Positions 34,843 to 42,024 of a DNA stretch of 64,000 nt are shown here, one piece after another. The position numbers and the translations under genes are program-made. Numbering within the stretch: position 1 is the first letter of the stretch; the number at the start of each line of letters is the position of its first letter. Origin of the DNA: Hydrurus foetidus (Eukaryota); assembly GCA_900617105.1 (NCBI GenBank), contig UYFQ01000732.1, positions 62,001-126,000 on the forward strand. The letters run 5' to 3'. The notes under the pieces are model-generated. The model did no database searches. It was given only the letters and a program-made list of their open reading frames with translations, and was not told the origin of the DNA.

Positions 34843-35853
34843 CTAGTACCAGTGTTGCAGCGCCTCGGCGTGCAGCACATGGCGCTGGCCATCCTGCGGC
34901 GCCCAGGAGTCTGCGCTGCAGGCGGCGCGGGTCAAAAAATCCAGCATCCACAAATGCCGGCGCAGCACGCGCTGCTGGCGGTGGCCAATCAGCGGGTTGA
35001 AGATGCCATGGCGGCTGAATAGCTGGCGCGGGTTCTTCTTGATCCACAGCCACGAGCCCATCTCCAGTGTCAGCGGTAAGAACACCCTTTCAGGCGCCGC
35101 GCGCGACTGCAGGTACAGGTGGTCCCACAGGTCGCCATGCGTCAGGTACTGCAGGCTTTGGGGTTCAAACACATAGGGGTGGTGGTTGTAGGTCTGGCGA
35201 AAGATCACCTGCAGCGCATACATCTCGGCCAGATGGTGCAGAGGCTGGCGCGTGTGGGCAAACGGAAACCACAGCCGGTCCCGCACTCCAAAGCCCGAAT
35301 GGCAATCCACCGACATGCTAAAGGGGCGCGGTAGCAGCTCCTGCGCCACCACCTCGCACACCGCCAGGTTTTCCTCCTCCATGGGCGCGCCCGCTATGCC
35401 CCGGTACCAGGGCAGTCGAGAACTTAAGCGTTGGCCGCCCACCCAGGTGGGCACGGGCTCGAGCGCCTCCACCGGCGCATTGCGCATCAGGTCTACGCCG
35501 CGCGGGTTGGCCCGCGTGCCCAATGCCATGCCGCCGGGGTTCACCAGCGGCATGAACACCAGGCGCAACGACTCTAGCTGGCGGTGCAGCGTGTGGTCCC
35601 AGTTCAGCCGCATGACGATGCTCAGCAGGTAGGCCAACACCACCTCGGCGCCAATGCGCTCCAGACCATGCACGCCGCCAAAGAACCCGATGGCTGGCAC
35701 CTGCGGGTCCGGGTTGCCCAGCGCAATGGCGTACACCGGCAAATTCACCCCGCGGCAGTCCACCTGGCGCACCACGCGGGTGTCCACGCGGTCCCCCGCA
35801 AGCTGGAGAATCCGCTCCAGTTCGGTCAGTGCAGCGAGTGCGCGGTGTTGCAA
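34843..35853 (-). CDS. M14-family zinc carboxypeptidase-like protein
   Basis: GVHGLERIG, RANPRGVDLMRN, DCHSG, LTLEMG; TTG start after AAGGAG. Confidence 0.85.
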   Translation of the reverse strand: MQHRALAALTELERILQLAGDRVDTRVVRQVDCRGVNLPVYAIALGNPDPQVPAIGFFGGVHGLERIGAEVVLAYLLSIVMRLNWDHTLHRQLESLRLVFMPLVNPGGMALGTRANPRGVDLMRNAPVEALEPVPTWVGGQRLSSRLPWYRGIAGAPMEEENLAVCEVVAQELLPRPFSMSVDCHSGFGVRDRLWFPFAHTRQPLHHLAEMYALQVIFRQTYNHHPYVFEPQSLQYLTHGDLWDHLYLQSRAAPERVFLPLTLEMGSWLWIKKNPRQLFSRHGIFNPLIGHRQQRVLRRHLWMLDFLTRAACSADSWAPQDGQRHVLHAEALQHWY

Positions 35854-36002
35854 AAACCTGGCTCCTTGTTGGGCGCCAGCATAGCCGGGCCGCGCGGGTT
35901 TTCGACATCCTGCCTGCACCTGATGCCAATGCACCACACTGCCATGAAACCGTCACACAGGCCTCCTAGAGTGGCTGCATCTGCAACCCACGGGAGCCCA
36001 CG

Positions 36003-36092
36003 ATGATCCTCAAAATGCTTGGACTGCAACGCTTGCTCGACAACCTCTTCGAAGACAACTGGCTGGAGCCAGTGGCTTTGATCGAGATCTGA
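36003..36092 (+). CDS. Putative 29-aa small protein
   Basis: GGGAG RBS; MILKMLGLQRLLDNLFEDNWLEPVALIEI; stop directly abuts the next ATG. Confidence 0.35.
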   Translation: MILKMLGLQRLLDNLFEDNWLEPVALIEI

Positions 36093-36221
36093 ATGCGCAA
36101 ACGTACGTCACCCTCCCGCCCCTTCCTGTTGCCCTGGCTGGCCGTCACGCTGGCGCTGGTGCAAGGCGTGGGTGAACTGCTGGCATTGCAACGTACCCAC
36201 CTTCCCCGCAAACGCCGCTGA
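36093..36221 (+). CDS. Putative 42-aa small membrane protein
   Basis: MRKRTSPSRPFLLPWLAVTLALVQGVGELLALQRTHLPRKRR; ends 15 nt before the MBL gene. Confidence 0.45.
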   Translation: MRKRTSPSRPFLLPWLAVTLALVQGVGELLALQRTHLPRKRR

Positions 36222-36236
36222 CCCTACACTGCCCGC

Positions 36237-37253
36237 ATGAAAATTTTCAAGCGGCTGGTTCTGGGTTTGTTGGTCTTGCTGGTGGTCGCTGTGTCGGCGC
36301 TGACTTGGATGCTGGGCCACCCTCCCAGCCTGAGCGGCCTGGACCGTTTGCGCTGGTCTGCTGCCCCCCCAGCCCCAAAGGCCCCTCTGCGGGTCAGCTT
36401 TCTGGGTGTCGCGACGGTGCTGCTGGACGACGGCGAGACCGCCCTGCTCACCGACGGCTTTTTCTCCCGGCCTGACAAGCTCACCACCTTCCTGCGCAAT
36501 GTGGAGCCCGATGTGGCCGGCATTGCGGCCGGCCTGCAGCGTGCCGGCATTCCAACGAACACAGGCAAGCTGGCCGCGGTGATTCCCCTGCACTCGCACT
36601 ACGACCATGCCATGGACGCCCCCGAGGTGGCCAAGCGCACCGGCGCCTTGCTGTTGGGCTCGTCGTCCACCGCGATGGTAGGCCGCGGCTGGGGCCTACC
36701 CGAGGCGCAGATCCGCGTCGCGCAGCTGCGCACCCCTTACACCTTTGGCCGCTTCACCGTCACGCTGTACCCCGCACTGCACACGCCCACCGGCTTCACC
36801 GGGGGCGAAATCACCGCGCCGCTCATTCCCCCTGTGCGCGCCACGGAATACAAGGAAGGCCAGAGCTATGTGGCCCGCATCGACCACGACGGCCGCACGC
36901 TGTTGATCAGCGGCACCGCGGGCTTTGTGCCCGATGCACTGACGGGCGTGCAGGCCGATGTGGTGATGCTGGGCATAGGCGCCATGGGCCCGCGCAGTGA
37001 AGAACACAAGCAAGCCTATTGGCGCGAGACCGTGACCACCGTGGGTGCACGCCGCGTGATTCCCATCCACTGGGACGACTTCTGGATTCCCTCCACCCTG
37101 CCCATGCAGCCCATGCCGCCTCCGCTGGACGACTTTGACGCCTCCATTACCTTCTTGCAGCGCAAGGGGGCGCAAGACGGGGTGGAGATTCGCCTGCCGC
37201 TGGAGTGGAAGGCGATGGACGTGTTTGCGGGGCTGCCGCCGCGCCTCAAGTAA
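36237..37253 (+). CDS. MBL-fold metallo-hydrolase with an N-terminal anchor
   Basis: HSHYDH, LLTDGFFSRP, IPIHWDDF. Confidence 0.9.
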   Translation: MKIFKRLVLGLLVLLVVAVSALTWMLGHPPSLSGLDRLRWSAAPPAPKAPLRVSFLGVATVLLDDGETALLTDGFFSRPDKLTTFLRNVEPDVAGIAAGLQRAGIPTNTGKLAAVIPLHSHYDHAMDAPEVAKRTGALLLGSSSTAMVGRGWGLPEAQIRVAQLRTPYTFGRFTVTLYPALHTPTGFTGGEITAPLIPPVRATEYKEGQSYVARIDHDGRTLLISGTAGFVPDALTGVQADVVMLGIGAMGPRSEEHKQAYWRETVTTVGARRVIPIHWDDFWIPSTLPMQPMPPPLDDFDASITFLQRKGAQDGVEIRLPLEWKAMDVFAGLPPRLK

Positions 37254-38058
37254 GCGTGGCCAGGGTGGCCGTGCCCAGGCCGGCCGCACGGGCTTGCGCC
37301 AGAAACGCCTGTCCTGCTGCCTCAAAACCACTCACCGGGCTCATGCAATCGGTCAGCAGCACGGTCTGCTGCAGGCGCGCCGCGGACAAGTTCGCCATCA
37401 TGTCGGCAACCGACGCGGCCACACAATGGCTCAAGGCCTCGCCCGCTACCAAAAGCGTAGCACCTGGCGCAGACAGCACGCGGACTAGCGGCTGATTAAG
37501 CAATGTTCGGTCGTCGTCGGCGCGCGGCACCTCGGCCTTGAAGGCGCTGTACTGCTCGGTCATCGGGTTTTGCCCCTTCAGCACCTTCTGGCAGGTGCGG
37601 CCAGTCTCCTCCTCCCAGCGGGCAATCGCCTCGCCCAGGCCGGTATGGATGTTGTGGCCCCAAGTGCCCAGCACGCAGTGCACCGGCCACACAATGAGCT
37701 GGCGCTGGCCCGTCGCTTCCAGCGCCTGCAGGTAGGCCACCACCTCGTCGGTGCGCTCCGCATGGCGCGGCCGAAAGCTGCCTTGCTGCACCTCCACAGC
37801 GGCGATCAGGGTGAACGGGGCCACTGCGCTGCCATCGGCCTGCTGCCAAAACGTGGTGCGTTCCACGCCCACGCTGGCGTGTGAGTCCAGCGTGACCGTG
37901 AGCGTGCGCACCTGTGCCGCGTGCGTGCTCAGCCACGCGGCCAGGCGGTCCATGTCGGCTTGGGCACCGGGAACGGGCAAGGCTGCCCCGGCAATGTCCA
38001 GAAAATCGTTTTGCGGGTCAATCACCAGCAGGTCGTACAGCGGCATGGGGTGGTTCAT
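37246..38058 (-). CDS. Cysteine hydrolase (nicotinamidase/isochorismatase family)
   Basis: IDPQNDF, LDSH, WPVHCV, KG, GEALSHCV. Confidence 0.88.
   Translation of the reverse strand: MNHPMPLYDLLVIDPQNDFLDIAGAALPVPGAQADMDRLAAWLSTHAAQVRTLTVTLDSHASVGVERTTFWQQADGSAVAPFTLIAAVEVQQGSFRPRHAERTDEVVAYLQALEATGQRQLIVWPVHCVLGTWGHNIHTGLGEAIARWEEETGRTCQKVLKGQNPMTEQYSAFKAEVPRADDDRTLLNQPLVRVLSAPGATLLVAGEALSHCVAASVADMMANLSAARLQQTVLLTDCMSPVSGFEAAGQAFLAQARAAGLGTATLATLT
37445..37504 (+). repeat. Fixed-spacing repeat, copy 5 (inside the cysteine hydrolase gene)
   Basis: GCTA-CCAAAAGCG-TAGC-ACCTG-GCGCA-N13-CTAG. Confidence 0.8.
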
Positions 38059-38060
38059 GG

Positions 38061-39191
38061 TCAGGAGGTGTGTTGCAGGGCCCACTGCACGTGCTCTTGC
38101 ACCAGCGGGTCGGGGTGGTCAGTGCGGCGTTGCAAGGACTGCACCAGGGTCTGGCGCTGCGCGGCAGGCAACGCTTTATCTGCAAGCGCGTTGCCCATGG
38201 CCACGGCCACATTGCGCAGCCAGCGCACGTGGCCGATGCGGCGGATCGGGCTGCCCTCGGTGTGCCGCAGGAAGGTGCCTTCGGTCCAGTCCAGCAGCGT
38301 GGCCAGTTGCATGCCGGTCAAGCCGTCACGCGCGTCAAAATCCGGCAAGGCGCTGCGCTGGGCAAACTTGTTCCAGGGGCAGACCAGTTGGCAGTCGTCG
38401 CAGCCGTAGATGCGGTTGCCGATCAGCGGGCGCAGTTCCAGCGGAATGGGCCCGGCGTGCTCAATGGTCAGGTAGGAGATGCAGCGCCGCGCATCCAACC
38501 GGTGCGGCGCGATGATGGCCTGCGTGGGGCAGACGGTGATGCAGGCGCTGCAACTGCCGCAGTGCGCTTGCACCGGCGCGCTGTCGGGCAGGGCCATATC
38601 CACATAAATTTCGCCCAGAAAAAACATGGAACCCGCCTCGCGGTTCAACAGCAGCGTGTGCTTGCCGCGCCAGCCCTGGCCGCTGCGCGCGGCTAACTCG
38701 GCCTCCAGCACGGGCGCGCTGTCGGTGAACACGCGGTAGCCCAATGGTCCCATGTGCTCGGACATGGTGTCGGCCAACTTTTGCAGGCGGTTGCGCAGCA
38801 CCTTGTGGTAGTCCCGTCCCCGGGCGTAGACCGACACAATGCCCTCCGTCGGATGCTGCAAGCGTGCCAACTCGGTGTCTTGCCAGCCCTCGGGGGTGTC
38901 GCGCGGCAGGTAGTCCATGCGGGCGGTAATCACGCTCACGGTACCTGGCACCAGCTCGGCCGGGCGGGCCCGTTTGAGGCCGTGGTGGGCCATATAGGCC
39001 ATGTCACCGTGGAATCCTTGCGACAACCATGCCAATAAACCGGCTTCTGCAGACGACAAATCCACACCGGCCACGCCAATTTGGGAGAATCCAAGTTCTC
39101 GGGCCCAGGCCTGTATCTGCACAACCCACGGGTTGCCCTCTTGCCCACTGTTTGATTGAGCCTTGATTTGAGTGCTGTTGATCGTCACCAC
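38061..39191 (-). CDS. queG: tRNA epoxyqueuosine reductase
   Basis: YARGRDYH, DSAPVLE, CGSCSACITVCPT, YGCDDCQLVCPWN; start uncertain (GTG at 39191 or 39188). Confidence 0.93.
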   Translation of the reverse strand: MVTINSTQIKAQSNSGQEGNPWVVQIQAWARELGFSQIGVAGVDLSSAEAGLLAWLSQGFHGDMAYMAHHGLKRARPAELVPGTVSVITARMDYLPRDTPEGWQDTELARLQHPTEGIVSVYARGRDYHKVLRNRLQKLADTMSEHMGPLGYRVFTDSAPVLEAELAARSGQGWRGKHTLLLNREAGSMFFLGEIYVDMALPDSAPVQAHCGSCSACITVCPTQAIIAPHRLDARRCISYLTIEHAGPIPLELRPLIGNRIYGCDDCQLVCPWNKFAQRSALPDFDARDGLTGMQLATLLDWTEGTFLRHTEGSPIRRIGHVRWLRNVAVAMGNALADKALPAAQRQTLVQSLQRRTDHPDPLVQEHVQWALQHTS

Positions 39192-39686
39192 CCCATTGTA
39201 GAAAGCAGCCTGACCCTGGCGTGGGCGGACGAATCGGCCACCCACGCGTTTGCCGCCCACTGGGCGAGTCAACCCGCGCTGGCCAACGCCTTCATTGCGC
39301 TGCATGGCAATCTGGGCGCCGGCAAAACCACCTTGGTGCGCCACCTGCTGCAGGCGCTGGGCGTCACCGGTCGCATCAAAAGCCCCACCTACGCGGTGGT
39401 GGAGCCCTATGAGCTGGACGCCCTCAACATCTGGCACTTCGACTTCTACCGCTTCAGCGACCCGCGCGAGTGGGAGGAAGCTGGCTTTCGCGACATCTTT
39501 GCCAGCCCCGGCCTGAAGCTGGCCGAGTGGCCTGAAAAAGCCGTAGGCATGCTGCCAGTAGCCGATGTGGACCTGCACATCCGCACGCTGGACGATGCCA
39601 GTCGCCTCGTCACCCTGACGCCGCACACGGCCACCGGTGCCGCGCTGGTGCAGCATTTGCAACGCTTGCCCGAGGCGACGGCATGA
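39156..39686 (+). CDS. tsaE: t6A biosynthesis ATPase TsaE
   Basis: GNLGAGKT, KSPTY, HFDFYR, EWPE; start uncertain. Confidence 0.93.
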   Translation: MSLDLSAVDRHHPIVESSLTLAWADESATHAFAAHWASQPALANAFIALHGNLGAGKTTLVRHLLQALGVTGRIKSPTYAVVEPYELDALNIWHFDFYRFSDPREWEEAGFRDIFASPGLKLAEWPEKAVGMLPVADVDLHIRTLDDASRLVTLTPHTATGAALVQHLQRLPEATA

Positions 39687-41095
39687 AGCGCCGCACACTG
39701 TTGCAGGCGGGCAGCATTGTGCTGACCCTGGGCGCGGCCGAACTGGTCCGCGGCGCCACCATCATGACGGTGCGGGTCTGGCCTGCGCCCGAGTACTCGC
39801 GCGTCACCATCGAGTCCGACGCGGGCCTGGTGACCAAGCAACTCTTTGTGCCCAGCCCGCCACGCCTGGCCGTGGACATTGAGGGCATCACCCTGAACCC
39901 TGCCCTCCGGGAGCTGGTGGCCAAGGTGCAGGCCGACGACCCCAACATCGCCGGCATCCGCGTGGGCCAATTCACACCTACGGTGGTGCGGCTGGTGGTA
40001 GACCTGAAGCACGCCATTCGCCCCCAGGTGTTTTCGCTGAGCCCGGTGGCGGCCTACCAGCACCGGCTGGTGCTGGACCTGTACCCGGTGAACGAGGTGG
40101 ACCCGCTGGAGGCCCTGATTGCTGAGCGCCTGACCGACACCAACAAGGCGGCTGCGGCCAACCCGCCCAAGCCCGCCGCCAGTAACGACCCGCTGGACGC
40201 GCTGATTGCGATGCACACCCAGCGCCCCGCCTCCAACCCTGTAGCGCCAGGCGGCACAACCGCTCAGAATGCTCCTAAAATAGGAGCTGCTCGCGCAGAC
40301 CCCACGGTGGCTAGCGGCCTAAATGGCACCAAACTCCCAGCGGCGGCACTGCCTACAGCCCCCACCACCGAGCGCCTCATCATCATTGCGCTGGACCCCG
40401 GCCATGGCGGGGAAGACCCCGGCGCCATCGGCCCCGGTGGCACCAAAGAAAAAGACGTGGTGCTCAAACTCGCCCACCTGCTGCGCGAGCGCATCAACAA
40501 CGCCAGCGTCAACGGCAACGCCATGCGCGCCTACCTGACGCGCGACGCCGACTTCTTTGTGCCGCTGGGCACCCGTGTGCAAAAGGCGCGCCGCGTGCAG
40601 GCCGACCTGTTTGTGAGCCTGCATGCCGATGCGTTCTTCACCCCCGACCCACAGGGTGCCAGCGTGTTTGCGCTGAGCCAGGGCGGTGCCTCCAGCAGCG
40701 CTGCGCGCTGGATGGCAGCCAAGGAAAACAAGGCCGATTTGATTGGCGGCCTCAATGTGAAGGCCAAGGACGCCACGGTACAACGCGCGCTGCTGGACAT
40801 GAGCACCACCGCCCAGATCAACGACAGCCTGAAGCTGGGCAGCAACCTGTTGGGCGAGATCAAACGCGTGGGCAAACTGCACAAGCCCAAGGTCGAGCAG
40901 GCTGCGTTCGCCGTGCTCAAGGCGCCCGATATTCCCAGCGTGCTGGTGGAGGCCGCCTTCATCAGCAACCCCAGCGAAGAGGTGAAGCTCAATAGCGAGG
41001 ACTACCAGAACCAGCTGGCCGACGCACTGATGCGCGGCATAGAAAGCTACTTCGCCAAGAACCCACCGCTGGCACGCAACCGCACCACCAGCTAA
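39683..41095 (+). CDS. amiC: N-acetylmuramoyl-L-alanine amidase (AMIN + Amidase_3, Tat signal)
   Basis: KRRTLL Tat motif, LDPGHGGEDPGA, SLHADA, SVLVE. Confidence 0.93.
   Translation: MKRRTLLQAGSIVLTLGAAELVRGATIMTVRVWPAPEYSRVTIESDAGLVTKQLFVPSPPRLAVDIEGITLNPALRELVAKVQADDPNIAGIRVGQFTPTVVRLVVDLKHAIRPQVFSLSPVAAYQHRLVLDLYPVNEVDPLEALIAERLTDTNKAAAANPPKPAASNDPLDALIAMHTQRPASNPVAPGGTTAQNAPKIGAARADPTVASGLNGTKLPAAALPTAPTTERLIIIALDPGHGGEDPGAIGPGGTKEKDVVLKLAHLLRERINNASVNGNAMRAYLTRDADFFVPLGTRVQKARRVQADLFVSLHADAFFTPDPQGASVFALSQGGASSSAARWMAAKENKADLIGGLNVKAKDATVQRALLDMSTTAQINDSLKLGSNLLGEIKRVGKLHKPKVEQAAFAVLKAPDIPSVLVEAAFISNPSEEVKLNSEDYQNQLADALMRGIESYFAKNPPLARNRTTS
40270..40333 (+). repeat. Fixed-spacing repeat, copy 6 (amidase interdomain linker)
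   Basis: GCTC-CTAAAATAG-GAGC-TGCTC-GCGCA-N13-CTAG. Confidence 0.85.
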
Positions 41096-41171
41096 CCCCC
41101 AGCCTGCACCTTCGCTAAACGCATCAGACCCGAAAAGGCGGCCAAATCACCGCTTAATTCGGCTATTACAA

Positions 41172-41188
41172 CTAGGGTCCAACCCTAG
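41172..41188. promoter_or_regulatory. Palindromic putative operator upstream of the FeeM-like gene
   Basis: CTAGGGT-CCA-ACCCTAG, 38 bp before the ATG. Confidence 0.5.
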
Positions 41189-41226
41189 ACTGACCTTCTC
41201 AATAACGTCACTGAAGGGAGGTTGTC

Positions 41227-42006
41227 ATGGTTCAGGCAAGCTGCGTTTCAACGCTGGGGGTTCCGTCGGAGATTTTGCCGTTCAAGGTGGAGATTGCGTC
41301 CAGGGCCCACATGGAGGGCGTGATCCAACTCCGGGCCGCCTCTTACGGCAAACACCTCCCCGAACTCGGTGCCAAGCTGCGCGAACCCGAAGCTGCGGAC
41401 TTTGAGCCCGGCTGCGAAGTCTTCATCGCCACCTCCAAACTAGACGGCTCCATGCTGGGCACCTTGCGCACGCATGCCAACTGGGTCAAGGCCCTGCCCT
41501 TGCAGCATTCTCTGAAACTGCCCGCCCGCTTTCACGGCAGCCGCATGGTGGAAACCACCCGCCTTTGCGTGAAGGGCAACCCCAACTCCTCCCTGGTGCG
41601 CACCGCCCTCTTCAAGGCGCTGCACAGCTACTGCCTGGCGCAGGGTGTGGACTGCATGATGGCCACGGGCCGCCGCCCGGTAGACCGCATTTATGACAGC
41701 CTGTACTTCACCGATGTAGGGGACGCCGGTGTCTTCTACCCCATGACGTTCACCGGTGGCGTGCCGCACCGGGTCATGCACCTGGCGCCGCAGGCTGTGA
41801 AACCTCTGTGGCACGCCGCACAGCACAGCCTGCACCGTTTTTTCTTCGAAGCCCACCACCCAGACATCGATCTGTCTGGCGCCAAGCCCCTTGCACAGCC
41901 GTGGCAATGCCCGGAAATTGAGGCGCCGCAAACCACGGTGGAAGACAGCATGGCGCTGAGCGCCAGCAACGCCGAGTGGAAAGTCTCTGCCGCCATGGCC
42001 CTCTAG
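41227..42006 (+). CDS. GNAT-fold acyltransferase, N-acyl amino acid synthase (FeeM/NAS)-like
   Basis: LRAASY, GTLR and VETTRLCV segments resemble the NAS/LuxI-like fold; family recognised by eye. Confidence 0.6.
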   Translation: MVQASCVSTLGVPSEILPFKVEIASRAHMEGVIQLRAASYGKHLPELGAKLREPEAADFEPGCEVFIATSKLDGSMLGTLRTHANWVKALPLQHSLKLPARFHGSRMVETTRLCVKGNPNSSLVRTALFKALHSYCLAQGVDCMMATGRRPVDRIYDSLYFTDVGDAGVFYPMTFTGGVPHRVMHLAPQAVKPLWHAAQHSLHRFFFEAHHPDIDLSGAKPLAQPWQCPEIEAPQTTVEDSMALSASNAEWKVSAAMAL

Positions 42007-42024
42007 CCAGGAAGTCGCGCAGGG

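Noticed and set aside
38061..39698. 545-aa version of QueG
   Set aside because: The N-terminal extension is antisense to tsaE; QueG-like sequence starts near 39191.
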